Shown: positions 13,620 through 26,965, numbered from the whole stretch's first letter. The stretch: DNA of 63,585 nucleotides, filler included, from Octopus bimaculoides (GCF_001194135.2; 10 parts of 8 records of this genome joined end to end with filler, not necessarily neighbours in it), one strand, 5' to 3'. Notes: generated by a model from the sequence alone, not told the origin. Numbers and translations are program-made.

Positions 13620-15725
13620 CGGAATAGCATTTGAGAAAGAAAAAAAGAAGAAAGGAAGAGGAGTAAAAGAATAGGATGAAATAAAAGTAGGACTACTAAA
13701 ACAAACAAAAAAAGAAAATAGAAAATTTCAACAGGAAGAAACAAGGGACGAACAAGTATGTTGCAAAAAAAAATTGTAGAAGGGAAAATGAAGTAAAGAG
13801 AAGAGGAAATCGAGAATTAACAAGAGAGAAACAAACAGTGAGCGGTGAAGACAACAGGAAAAGTATAAGAAGTGAAAAGAAATTGAAGAAAATGAAATGA
13901 AAAATAAAAATTCGATTACGCAGAAGGAACAAGCCAAATATTATGTGTAGAATGAAGAAAGTGAACAAGAAGGCGGTGAAAAAGAGGCTCAAGAAGGAGG
14001 AGGAGGCGGTGAAAAACAAAAATAAAAATAAAAAATAAAGAAGGAGAAAAAAGAAGAAGAGGAAGGAGAGGAAAAAGAAAAAGAAGAATAAGAAGAAGAA
14101 GAAGAAAGGAGAAATGAAGAAGAGATGAAGGGGGAGGCGAGGAGACAGAGAAGCAGAAAAGAGGAGGGGAAAAAAAAGAGGAGGAGAAGTAAAAAGAGGA
14201 GAGAAGAAAGAAACGAAGAAGAAGAAGAAGAAGAAAAATAAGAAATGAAGAAGAGTTGAAGGGGAGGGGAGGAGACATAGAAGAAAACAGCGGAGGAGAA
14301 GAAAGAAACGAAGAAGAAGAAGAAGAAGAAGAAGAAGAAAGAAGGAGGAGGAGGGGGAGGTGGAGGAGGAGGATGCGAAAAAAAGAAGTAGAAATAGAAG
14401 TAAGGAAAAAGAAGACAGAGAAGAAATAGAATATGAGAAGAAGAAGAAGAAGAAGAAGAAGAAGAAGAAGAAGAAGAAGAAGAAGAAAGAGGAGTGTTGG
14501 AGCTGAGGACAAGAAGAGTAAAAGAAGTAGCGGAAGAAGAAAAAGAAAGAGAAAAGAAAGAGAACAAAAAAAACAATGAGTGGAAGAGACGAAAGAGGAA
14601 GAGGGGGAGGAAAAAAGAAGAAGAAGGAAAAAAGGGAAAAAGATGAAAGGGAGGGGAATGGTGAAGAGAAAAAAGTGAAAGCAAAGAAAAAGAAGGATAA
14701 ATAGAAGAGGAGGAAAATGATAGGAAGATAAAGAAGCAAAGAAAAAGTGATGGAGGAGGAAGAAGAAAAAGAAGAAAAGAAGAAGAAGAAGAAGAAGGAT
14801 GCGAAGAAAAGAAGTAGAAAAGAATAAGAAAAATGAAGAAGGGGTGAAGGAGGAGGAGAGGAGACATAGAAGAAAAGAGAGGAGGAGAAGAAAGAAACGA
14901 AGAAGAAGAAGAAGAAGAAGAAGAAGAAGAAGAAGAAGAAGAAAATGAAGACGAAGAAGAAGAAGAAGAAGAAGAAGAAGAAGAAAAGAAGAAGAAGAGG
15001 AAGAAAAGGAAGAAACAAAGTAGAAAAAAGATGAAGAAGAAACAGAAAAGGAGAGGAAGAAAAAAAGAAGAAAAAGATGACGAATAAGAAGGAAAACAAA
15101 TAGGAGAGAACGATTAAAAAGATAGGTGAGGAGGAGGAGCAGGAGTGGAGAGAAGAAGAAGAAGAAGGAAAGAAGTAGAACAAGAAGAAGAATGAAAAGA
15201 GGTGAAGGAGGAGGGAGGAGACAGAGAAGAAAAGAGAGGCGGAAAAAAGAAGAAAAAGAAGATGAATAAAATGAAGAAGAAGGAAAACAAATAGGAGAAA
15301 ATGAAGAAGAAGAAAAGTGAGGAGGAGGAGGAGCAGGAGTGGAGAGAAGAAGAAGAAGGAAAGAAGCAGAAAAAAGTGATAGAAGAAGAAGAAGAAGAAG
15401 AAGAAGAAACACAAGAAGAAGAAGAAGAAGAAGAAGAAGAAGAAGAAACACAAGAAGAAGAAGAAGAAGAAGAACAACAACAACAACAACAAGGAAAAGA
15501 AGAAAAAGTGGTAGAAGAGAAGAAGAAGAAGAGGAAGTAGAGGAAGAAAAAAAGAAGGTGAAGAAGAGGAAGGAGAGCAAATAGAAGAAAACGAAGAAAA
15601 GGAAGGGTGAGGAGGAGGAAGAGGAGGGGAGTGTAGAAGGTGAATAAGGAAAAGAAGGGGAAAAAAGATGTAGAAGAAGAGGAAGAGAAGAAGAAGAAGA
15701 AGAAGAAGAAGAAGAAGATGAATAA
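13620..15725 (+). repeat. About 2.1-kb GAA-rich homopurine tract with internal block duplications
   Basis: The + strand is almost all A/G. Recurrent blocks such as gaggagacatagaagaaaa.. and ggatgcgaa.aaaagaagtagaaa. Confidence 0.96.
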
Positions 15726-16024
15726 GAAAAACTATCAACGACGATATTGTAAGAGAAAATCGTTTCTACCACGGGCACATGTCCTAACGTTTGGGGGAGT
15801 ATTTGATTAATGGCATCATCACCAATGCTTGATTTGATTTTATCGTGCCTGGAGCGATGTAGTAGAAATTTGTCATGGCTATGATTTGAACACAGAATCT
15901 GAGGCACTGGAACAAACATCGTAAACCGCATTTCGTCTGACGTTCTAAAGATTCTTGTAACTTATCTATGTCCCTCACATTGGTAGAGAAGCCGATGTAG
16001 TTGGAGATTAGTAAAGTACCAGAT

Positions 16025-16150
16025 TGGTACCTTATTTTAATCACAAAGGATAGATGAAAGGTAAAGCTGATCACGGCGGGATTTGAACTCAGAACGTGTG
16101 GGACTGAAATTAATTCCACAAAAGCATTCTGCCCAGTGCTCTAGCAGTAA
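16025..16150 (-). mobile_element. SINE family A, partial
   Basis: gatgaaaggtaaagctgatcacggcgggatttgaactcagaacgt. Confidence 0.7.
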
Positions 16151-16211
16151 TAATAATTCTTTGTAATCGACGCCCCAAAACCCATCACGGAAGAAGGATA
16201 ATAGATAACAT

Positions 16212-16424
16212 CTTTCCTACTATTGACACTAAACCTGGAATATTGTGGAAGGGCCCTAGTCAATTAGTTCGACCCCGGTGCTTGACTTGTTCTTAATTTT
16301 ATCGACCCCTAAAGGATAACAGGTATAGTCGACCTCGGTGGAATTATAACTCAGTACGTAAAGATGGACGAAATGTTGTTAGACATTTCTCTGGCGTGTT
16401 AATGATTCTGTCATCACATCGCCC
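16212..16424 (-). mobile_element. SINE family A, near full length
   Basis: Aligns along its length to the copy at 4105-4313. Confidence 0.85.
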
Positions 16425-17189
16425 TAGGGTATAGTGGACAACATCGCGCTCAGAGTATGACTGGTACTTTATCATATCGTCTTGGAGGGAATAAAATGTG
16501 AAATTGCTCTTCGTAGATTTGGGGCTAAGGTGGAAAATATCTCGAACAAAAAATCCTACCCCGTAATGTTTCTATTAACCCGGAGTTAATGATTAAAAAC
16601 TGTCGAAAATATGATGCATAAAGAAAAGAATTGTCATGAGTGAAGTGACAACAGCCGTTTGTCATTTAAATTGGGTGTATTTAGAAGAACATGAAATAAA
16701 GTTCATGATGATTATGAACGTTATTTTGCTGATGTTTGTGGTGGCGATAAGAATGGCTTCACTTACGACGACAAGATGATGAAGATGATGATGGAAATCG
16801 TGGCCGTGCTGGTTATGATCTTGGTGATGATGGTGGTGCTTGTGGTGGTGTGGTGATGACGGCATTTAGGTGTGGTGTTCGTGATGAATTTAATGTTTTA
16901 TATGGGTTCACCGAAATTTGACATTTTCTCACGTTACAGTTTATTGCTGTCGTCTTCGATCTTGTTGGATTTAATGTGGTCATCGTTGTCACTTGTCCTC
17001 CTCTCCTGTTTTGTTTTCCGTTTTATTCTTTTACGTGATTTTTTATATCTAAAAATTACTGTAAATTTGTTGTGTGACATTAACATTTCGGATCAAATGC
17101 ATGATCCGGTTACTTTTTTAATGTCAATCTTCTGGGGATATATATAAGCATCAGTAAAATTCTAAACTTAAGATAAATGAGCAGTCAAA

Positions 17190-17282
17190 GACGTAAGCAT
17201 GCGTGGCAAAATACTTCGAGGCATTTCTTCCAACCTCATATTCTGAATTCAAATTCCGCCGGGGTCGAATTCGCTTTTCAGA
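17190..17282 (+). mobile_element. SINE family A, 5' fragment
   Basis: ggcaaaatactt...ttctgaattcaaattccgccggggtcga. Confidence 0.65.
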
Positions 17283-17535
17283 TTCAGCCCCACCACTCCT
17301 ACTCGTGATCAGAGATGCACATATGGTCAGCCACTAAAGAATATGCGCAGGTGGTTAGGATCAAACAATTGGCAGGCAAGTCTGCGCTATTGAGCAGACT
17401 ATTGGCTGTTGTCCATGTTTTACACTAAGTGAAAATATGTTGCCTCTTCGAATCATAAGATCAGAATTAATGAGAGCCATTGCCTGGTACTGCGTCAGAG
17501 CAATTATTATTATCATGTTTGTTATCATTTTTGAG

Positions 17536-17537
<2 letters not shown>

Positions 17538-17598
<61 letters not shown>

Positions 17599-17600
17599 GC
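17538..17600 (+). repeat. (TTA)n microsatellite
   Basis: Direct reading. Confidence 0.98.
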
Positions 17601-19516
17601 TGTTGTTGTTTTTGCTAGTGCGCCTTTTAACTTAGCATAGTAACCATATCTGTCCATTTTTCTCGATGTTTTACAAGAGTAAATGAAATTGGTAGTTTTC
17701 ATTTTAGATTTCACTTTACACAGCGATATTATCGAGAGTTTCGGATGGTCTAAATCATCTGTAATTACATAACAAGGTCGAATCTGTTTTTTACTTCACC
17801 TTTATAACATCGTCTAACGCTAAGGTAAAAATGGTGTCATCATTCAATCGATCTTCCATTTAGATGAATTCCAGGAATCAAATCAAATCAGTAACAAACA
17901 AAATGAAATCAAGTAGCATAAAATGTTTAATAATCTCACATAGAAATGTGTAAAATAAATATAATATTAACACTCTGGAAGTAATGTACTACATAATAAA
18001 CAGCATATATTTGTCAACAAAGTGAGCTAGAGCAACAGCTAAATACTTACAGTAAATGATATACACTTACATTCTATATGGCATAAAAGGGCAATAATAG
18101 TATTTCAAATTTCAGATAGACTTTATAAAGCACCTGATTTCAGCGATCCAGACAATCCAGCCTTTTATTTGCTCCAATTTAAAACAAGAATTCGCTTGTT
18201 TTGAATGTTCAGCTTTGAGTATCCGGTATTGATGCACACATGTATGCTTTAATTATTGCGTTGTCACATTTGCTACAATTATTTTCCAGAAATCACTTTC
18301 TGTTTCACCGATGTTTAATTCGTCCAGTTATGTATAATGCGTTTTACCCATCTATTCTTTGTATTCTTTCCCAAACTCAATACACGTCTTTCCAGGTGCT
18401 ATGTTAACGTATTCATATACACTTGTTTATCTCGTCCAGACCTTATTTCTACAAGGGAAATAAAACAAACTAAAAGCAAAACTAAATATATAAATAATAA
18501 TAATTATTATTATTATCATCATCATCATCATCATCAGTGTGATCATCTTCCTCGTTAATTTTATTCATATTTATTTTCCTTTCCAGCGAGATGTATTTGT
18601 TATAGTCATAGATTTTTTTTTTCTTTTTTTTTTTGTCTAAGCTGGCCATAGTTGTAAATGACTGTCTGTTACATTGGTTACTCATCGAACAGAGCAAAAA
18701 TTTGCAAAATGAAAAGGTACAAAAAAAAAAGAAGAATATTCTTCTATCAACATTTTGTAAGTCGGCTAGTAAGAGAGGAACACGAGAAGCAAATTTGAAG
18801 TTTAACGTGTCCAAAGTATTCAAAATCTCCCACTACAAACTCCACATTAGTGACACCTAACACGAATGGCTAAAGTGACGGCAGCAACAAAAGCAGTGAC
18901 AATGGCAACAACAGCAACAATAGCCAGAAAGATGATGGTTTAAATAGACTAGCAGACAGTAATCGTAAAATGCCGTCACCAGTAAAATTACCGATGGAAG
19001 AAAGGAAATCATTAAAGCTGCAACATCCCCATATTAGCAACTAACCTCTGCACAAGTAATGGTGCCAAAACTACCACACTGTAGTATCAAATGCCAGAAG
19101 CATTAATAACATCAATATAAGCAGTAACAGCGATAGAGTCACGGCTAGATCATTTCCTTTGTCTGTGCAGCATTAACATTTGAGATAATCCCATGGTAAG
19201 AAAAGAGAATTTGGGCGCAAGAGCCTAACGTACATGGAAACATCTTTTAAAAATTGAAAAGAAATTCAATTAGCATTGGGTTGAAAATATTGATTTATAT
19301 GAAATCCGAGACACAGGACAGGGCACCTGACCTAATAGAAATCCCAGCATGGGAGCAACTTAATTTTGTAGTGAAGTATAGCAGGTGAGGATGACACACT
19401 CATGACAGTAACGATCATATCAATACTCTACAGCCCTCAACAACAAAGAAACTTGACCGTTAGCATAGCCAAGAGAGCTACAATGATGATAATTGACACT
19501 AGAGTTAATATACTGC

Positions 19517-19519
<3 letters not shown>

Positions 19520-19566
<47 letters not shown>

Positions 19567-19586
19567 CATTATTATTATTATTATTA

Positions 19587-19620
<34 letters not shown>

Positions 19621-19648
19621 CATTATTATCATTATTATTACTATTATT
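19520..19648 (+). repeat. (TTA)n microsatellite
   Basis: Direct reading. Confidence 0.98.
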
Positions 19649-22249
19649 CAGAACGTTGCTTAAATTTGCAGTATATATGGATATATCTCTTTCTGTATAC
19701 ACAATCAATACGAAACCTTTAAAATAAACTTGTAGTTAATTATACGGAATATCTAATTATTCAGAATACCTAAATTTCCAATATCTCACTATGGATTCCA
19801 ATGTCATTGCATATCAATAAGCATTACAATGCCTAGACAAATGAAAGCATTAATTAAATTTAACTAATCTTACTATTTATCTATCTGGGTACTGATATTA
19901 AATTAGTACTTCAACCTGTCTCTCCTCTCCATCACATACATAAATATTTGTATCTTTGTATCTAATTTTAATGACCTCGAAATTTATAGCGGCAAATAGA
20001 CAGGACCACTTCTTGTCAAGATATAAGCGTATGTAAATATGGATAAACTAGTTGCGCATGGGAGGTTAAATACAAACAAACGATATTTAATCCAGCATAC
20101 ACACACGCACACACACAAGCACATATGTTTGTGTGTGTGAGTGTGTATGTGTGTGGGCATGTATGTGTGTGTGTGTGTGTGCGTGTGTGTGTGTGTGCGT
20201 GTGTGTGTGCTTAGCTGCCCTGGCACTTTGAAAACAATGGAATTTCAGCGGTTTCTTCACCTTCTATGTTCGTTCATCCATTTCGAATCCTTCACACGCA
20301 TTACGCTGGCATATGAACGATGACTATTTGTAAGTGAAGTATTTATTGCAGTCAACACTGAAGCATTGATAGAAATGGCGGTTTAAAACTCGTCATTTTA
20401 GACCTAAAACCTGGTTTCGATAATACATTGCTTATTTCAAACCTATCATCACGGAACATCTCTAATACTGTATCCTCCGTAGACTTATAACTGCTAGCAC
20501 TGAACGAAGCCATAACCCATGTAGAATCATGCTTATGATTCAGATTTGCGGAAAAGAGGTTAGGATTGTTACACGATCAAGCTGGGAACGAAGTATATCA
20601 TCTGAGAAGATAATTATCTCGTGTGAATTTTGTTGCAAACAGAGTGTGCGTGATGCTTACTGAATATAAAGACATGTTCTTAGAACATGTGCTATGAATG
20701 AATCCAGCACATCACGTTCTGTCATGTGCGTTAGTGAATCAGCGTTTGTGCATGTCTATAATATATANNNNNNNNNNNNNNNNNNNNNNNNNNNNNNNNN
20801 NNNNNNNNNNNNNNNNNNNNNNNNNNNNNNNNNNNNNNNNNNNNNNNNNNNNNNNNNNNNNNNNNNNNNNNNNNNNNNNNNNNNNNNNNNNNNNNNNNNN
20901 NNNNNNNNNNNNNNNNNNNNNNNNNNNNNNNNNNNNNNNNNNNNNNNNNNNNNNNNNNNNNNNNNNNNNNNNNNNNNNNNNNNNNNNNNNNNNNNNNNNN
21001 NNNNNNNNNNNNNNNNNNNNNNNNNNNNNNNNNNNNNNNNNNNNNNNNNNNNNNNNNNNNNNATATATATAATACAAATAATATGTGAGTATATGCATAT
21101 ATACGTACATGTATGTACATACCTATATCTACATGTATATATAGATGCATATCTGGGTACAGGGCATCATACAGAAACGTGGACAAAATGATAAACGAGA
21201 ACATAAACAGAGCACGGAAAACAAACTATTTTTTCGGACAACGATAGGAACACACAGGAAAACAGACAGGCCACATAGAAAACATTTCCTTCATCAGCTG
21301 CCCCTATTCTAAACTAAGCGTTTCAAAGAGTTAAGGCAGGACGCATTGTTAGAATAGCTCTTGCCGCAAAGCAAATTTAAATAACATTTGTGATGCGGAG
21401 GAATTAAGTTTCAAACAAAAAACACGACAGAGAAAACGAAACATGGAGGGTTTTTAGGCCAGAGGAGAAAATATATATATATATACTGTACGCTGTGATT
21501 TGACGAACTTGAGGGGGAGAGAGAACAAAGTTCGTGCTTGCTTGGCAGTAGCCAAGAGAGGAAAGGGAAGTAGTAGCCGCTAGTCACATGTGATCGACGA
21601 GGGGTAAGGAGAAAGAGTGGTAGAGAGAGAAAAAAGGGGAGGAAGTTGAACATCGGTGATCAACGAGAGACAGAGAGGAAGAGTGAGAGAGATATAGTAG
21701 TGAAGGGGAGAGGCGAAGAACAACAGAAGGAAGAACGAGGAGCGGGAAGAAAGATACAAAGATAGATAGATTGCGCGTCAGATATATACAGGTAAAACTT
21801 ACTTGCAAAAAGGACGCGTGCGTTCGAGCACGGGTCTCTTATATTGGGGTAAAGAGGTCTAAATATTCTTTACCATAGCATTTTTAATTGATGCCACTTC
21901 ATTCTTTTTGTATACTGCCTTAATTGATAATTTACATTATTATACACTATTTCATTTCATTATTAATTTATAATTAGCCTTTATTTATTCACATAATATT
22001 TAAGCAAATATTGGTGTCTCAAGTATTTCAAACTTAGCATATGTAAAACAATACTGATACATTATTCTGATTAATAAAAATTATGAATAACAATTTACTG
22101 TATCTGCATACAATATAGCAACTTTATTTTTATATACGTTTGACCTATATGATAAGACTTCCTTTGTTTCATTATAAACTGGTCATTATAAACTGGTCCC
22201 ACCCACCACTATAGTAGTTGGTTACCAAACCCTAAGAATCTCCAGCAGT

Positions 22250-22975
22250 TGTATTTGCAGGCGGGATTTTTCAAGACTTCACTTTTTTTTTTTTTTTGTT
22301 TTCAGCGATTTCAAATTTTTTTTACGGCACCTCATAAGAATTTTCATCTCCTTGGGGATTTTGTTCCCGTTCACAGTGGCCTTTCTCTGCGGGACACATT
22401 GTTTACCATATGGTTTGCATTGTTGAAATTTAATTTCGATGTACGTTCAGGGGAGACATTTAGTCCAGTTTTGTTTCAGGATGTCTTCCTCAATTTGTTT
22501 CCAATTTGCCTTATGGAAGTTCAAACTGGAAAGATTTTCAGAGTTTCGTGTAGGCTGTATGCCAATAGTTTCCTTTGGTCCGTACATGGTCAGTACTACC
22601 ATGTTGTGTTCCGAGCGTAGCGTCGGTGTCATTTCACATTATTGACGAGTTCACATTATGGATGAGTTCATATTATTTGTGAAGCAGAGATCCAGTAAAT
22701 TGTCTACCATGGAGTACTATTTTTCCACGTACTGTGTTGAAGAGGTACAGGAGGGACTTTACCTGTCCTTGTTCGCAACGCGCCATTCATGGGAATAAAA
22801 GACACTCAGGCCATCCTACATCGGGCAGATTGAAATCGCCCATTAGAAGTACACTTATGTGTTGTTCTAATGTAACTAGAATTCCTATTTTTCGAAGGCA
22901 GTCTTCGAACATGCCTGCATGATCGGAGCATCTGGAGGGCGATATGTAGTACATATAACTACATCGAGTTGTCTT
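22250..22975 (-). mobile_element. CR1-like LINE apurinic endonuclease and linker fragment, decayed
   Basis: Minus-strand frames give YRPPD, LLMGDFNLPDVGWP, NLLDLCFT, SEHNMV and LNFHKANWKQI, with frameshifts and stops. Confidence 0.8.
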
Positions 22976-23572
22976 ATATATGTTCAGTTAGTGTGAGACA
23001 TACTGAGTTTATTTTCAAGTATATTTCACAATATATGGACTGTATTAGGAAGAATGGTCATTGCGAGCTAAATCGAAGAAGGAAAATTTGAGAAGGAACA
23101 TATCCAGGCAATCAATAGAAATTCACATCATAGTTTTAAACGCACAACCAAATAGATATAGATATAAATTAAAACTTATCTTATTAATATTTGAAAATTT
23201 AACGATGAAATTTGGATCATTCCATTCTCGCCATTATACTACCATTTGCATATGAGCTTTGAAAATCCTGTTGAGTGGGGTGGGGTATTATGTTTTTATA
23301 TGTGAAATACTTAATACGCCGTTTATAGATATATTGTACCTCTGAAACGGCTGTAGACGATATCCTTTACCCGAATTCACCTGAATCTGTACATATATTT
23401 ATTTTATCTACATATTTATCTACATATTACCCATTGAATTTTAAAATTGTTTAACTCTCATCCGGCATTTCGTATACATATCAAATACTTAATTGATTCG
23501 AACAGTTCTTTTTGAAAGATTTTACTTCGAATTTCTATATCTTTATTGTTTCCTTCTGAAATTTCCCTTATG

Positions 23573-23603
<31 letters not shown>

Positions 23604-23647
23604 NNNNNNNNNNNNNNNNNNNNNNNNNNNNNNNNNNNNNNNNNNNN

Positions 23648-23659
23648 TTAATTAATTAA
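23648..23659. other. Assembly spacer TTAATTAATTAA inside an N gap (one of nine)
   Basis: The identical 12-mer sits between N runs at 23648, 26836, 35729, 39316, 48152, 51712, 54998, 59923 and 62317. Confidence 0.95.
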
Positions 23660-23859
23660 NNNNNNNNNNNNNNNNNNNNNNNNNNNNNNNNNNNNNNNNN
23701 NNNACATATATGTGTGCATGCTTTATACCTGCCCTACAGAGGAACCCTGAAAACTCTATTATTGCTTCCCTCCCTCTATTTACTTTTTTGTAAAGCTCAA
23801 CATTATCTCAAAGGTTCTACTTATGAAGTACCCTTTGCTTCATACAGAAATGTGTTAGC

Positions 23860-24030
23860 CGCACAAAAGTGTACGAATACTCACTCCCGAGTTAGATTGA
23901 GGAAAAAATTCATCGTGATGTTGAAATCTCTCTAAGAATTACAATAGAGGTCGATTTAATAAGTGCAAGTTTCTTGGAGGTTCCCTTAAACCTACTTAAT
24001 AATTCGGGAAAACCATTTAGAAAACCGCGT
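23860..24030 (+). mobile_element. Penelope-like element, RT fragment
   Basis: RKKFIVMLKSL..RITIEVDLISASFLEVPLNLLNNSGKPFRKP resembles the PLE motif ITIE.NL..VNFLDVTLNL....Y.PYRKP. Confidence 0.65.
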
Positions 24031-24229
24031 GCTAAGTTCATCTGTTTCAACTAGATCTGTTGTTCCCTCACAAGAGAAATATTACTTCATTTGGAAACAG
24101 ATAACACGAGTGACAGGAAGGGCTTTCTGTCGTAGAAAACATGCCTCAATACATACCTTCCGACCCATGCAAGCAAATTGTATATATCATATGGGCAGTG
24201 GGCATGCCCTTCTGGTCCTGTACGGGTAG

Positions 24230-26791
24230 TGAGACGTCCCCGCCCTACAAGAGTCTCCCGCTGCCTTGCGGTTAGGCCTTTTTGGTTAATCAAACGCTAG
24301 GGAGTAAACCGTGTCCAAATCCAGAGTGGAGCTCCTAAGGTGGTTAGGTGATGAAGTCCATCATCTCTCCGACAGCGCCTGAAGTCCAGTCGTGGCTGAG
24401 ATGTGTCGTCCTGCGTCCCTCCTAGCTAGATCGGCTGGACCGAGAGGGGGCTCCTAGGCTTGGGCAACCCGAGGCCTCCACAGTTCTCATGCCCAGGATT
24501 CAGTGACTCCACCCCCTCTACTTCTTCTTCTTCCAAGTCCTGAGGCGATGGGTGAGTGGTAACGGTGGCAGGTGCAGGATGGCACTGGGAGCTGCTAGTC
24601 ATGGACCTGCACTCGGTCGTTCTGCTGCCTACCGGGGCAAGGACATATTTCGGCAGCCACTCTGACGACGGAGCAGCCCTCTTCAGGGATAGCTTTGCTC
24701 CCCCCACCCTAGAAAAGGTGACCTAAAGAAAACTTGCCTCATCTCATCCTGTCAGCACACCGCATCTGACTGGTCATCTACTACGCGGTCGAAACTTGAA
24801 AGAATTACGAAAGAACCCAAAATCCTCCCGCCGGAAAAGCACTTTATGTGTTGGAGCCTGGAACATCAGGACACTCATAGACAACCAAAACTGTGACAGA
24901 CCAGAACGTCGAACAGCACTTGTGGGTCGTGAACTGCAGAGATACAACATTGATGTTGCTGTTCTCAGCGAGACACGCGTTGCTGACACGGAGAAGATCA
25001 CCGAGGCTGGGGCTGGATACACTTTCCTTTGGTCAGGGAAAGCACTGGACGAACGCAGGGAACCAGGAGTTGGCTTTGCCATTCGCACCTCTCTCGTCGA
25101 GAACCTGGGGTCCCTCCCAAGAGAAATCAGCGACCGCCTGATGGTGATGAGAATTCCTCTCCAAGGCAAGATGCACCTGACGCTCATCAGTGCTTACGCC
25201 CCCACTGCGACCTACACTGTGGAGCAGAGAGAGCTGTTCTATCAGAACCTCACCAAAGTGCTACGGGAAGTTCCTAGAGACGAGACGACAAGCTGCTGAT
25301 ACTCGGGGACTTCAATGCACTTGTAGGCTGAGATGCCCAGTCTTAGACAGATGACATCAGGCCACATGGCATCGGACATGAGAATACCAACGGTCAACTG
25401 CTACTCACCTTCTGCAATGAACAGAGACTCACCATCACCAATACCCTGTGCCAACTGCCTGACCTCCACAAGGCTACATAGATGCCCCCAAGGTCCAAAC
25501 ATTGGCACCTGACTGACTATGTGATTACCGGGCGCCGTGACATCCAGGATATTTGCATCACTAGGGCAATGAGGAGATCTGACTGCTGGACAGATCACCT
25601 GCTGTCCTTTTCCATCGTCAGCAGACACAGACACCAGAAAGCTGATGTTAAAAAGAAACTGGATGTCCAGAAATCAATGAACCAAAAACAAAAGAGACCC
25701 TCATTGCCAACCTTGTGAACCAGCTTGAATCTCTGCCAGCAGAGGGGAACCTTGAGAAGGCTTGAGCCAACTTCCGGGATGCAGTATATAACTCTGCCAG
25801 CCTTACCCTTTGCCACACAAAACGGAAACACCAAGACTGGTTTGACAACAAGGAGATCACCAACCTCCTCCAGGAGAAGAAAGAAGCCTTCACAGCCTGG
25901 CTCAATGACAAAGACTCTCAAGTCAAGCACGACCGCCTCAAGAATATCAGAGGAAAGGTGCAGACTGAGCTGCGACAGATGAAAGACAAGTGGTGGGAAA
26001 ACAAAGCTGCAGAACTACAGCAGTATGCAGACGAGCACAACTCCAAGTTCTTTGCCGACCTGAAAGACGTGTATGGCCCCACGCTAAATGCAATGGCACC
26101 TGTGGGCTCTGCCGATGGAACCCTGCTTATTGAAAAGAGCGACATCATACAGCGCTTGAGTGAACACTTCAGTCAGCTGCTAAACAGACCTTCCCAGATT
26201 GACCAGTAGGCCATCCGAGACATGCTACAGTGGCCAGTCCTGGTGTCGCTTGATGACCCCCACCCCCAACACTGGCAGAAATCCAGAAAGCTATCAAGCA
26301 ACTACATGTAGGGAAAGCACTTGGTCCTGACGGAATAGCCTCAGAGATCTTCAAAGAGGGAGGTGAAGCTGTTGCCATCAAGTTGACTGAGCTGATACAG
26401 CAGTTCTGAGACGAAGGGTCAGTGCCGCAGGACTTCAAGGATTCCAACATCATGCATCTGTACAAGAACAAGGGGGACAGAGCTTCATGTGACAACCACA
26501 GAGGCATCTCCTTGCTAAGCACCGCAGGAAAGATCATGGCCCGTGTTTTTCTGAACCGCATCACACATCACCTGCTGGATGACGTGGTCTCAGAGAGCCA
26601 GTGTGGATTTAGGAACAACAGGGGGACAATAGATATGGTCTTTTCAGTACGGCAGATACAAGAAAACTTCCCTTGAGGTCTGCGGCATTTCAGCCTGTGG
26701 CTGGGAATCGCTTGCCTCTGACCGCGGCGCCTGGCGTCCAGCTATCCAAAAGGGTGTTAGGCTGTTCGAGGAAAAGTGCCCCAAGAGCCTG
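24230..26791 (+). mobile_element. RTE-clade LINE: 5' leader, APE endonuclease, N-terminal RT, internal deletion, 3' ORF end; pseudogenised
   Basis: GAWNIRTL, LSETR, GVGFAI, ISAYAPT, LILGDFNA, RSKHWHLTDYVI, WTDH, GPDGI, NHRGISLLS, ESQCGFR..RGTIDM, then directly WESLASDRGAWR. Multiple frameshifts and stops. Confidence 0.95.
24394..24498 (+). ncRNA. Possible degenerate HDV-like ribozyme fold in the RTE 5' leader
   Basis: Elements occur in the order P1, P2, P3, L3 (tcctagct), P3', P1', GG, P4, P2'. P1 and P2 pair; P3 largely does not. Confidence 0.3.
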
Positions 26792-26927
26792 NNNNNNNNN
26801 NNNNNNNNNNNNNNNNNNNNNNNNNNNNNNNNNNNTTAATTAATTAANNNNNNNNNNNNNNNNNNNNNNNNNNNNNNNNNNNNNNNNNNNNTATATATAT
26901 ATATATTTATTTATTTATTTATTTATA

Positions 26928-26964
<37 letters not shown>

Positions 26965-26965
<1 letters not shown>

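Noticed and set aside
13696-15931. ORFs of 680, 671 and 292 aa
   Set aside because: Translations of the TTC/TCC strand of a purine tract (poly F/L/S); no domain content.
17715-17765. DLDHP resembling the PDE HDLDH motif
   Set aside because: Lacks the preceding CH and any flanking similarity.
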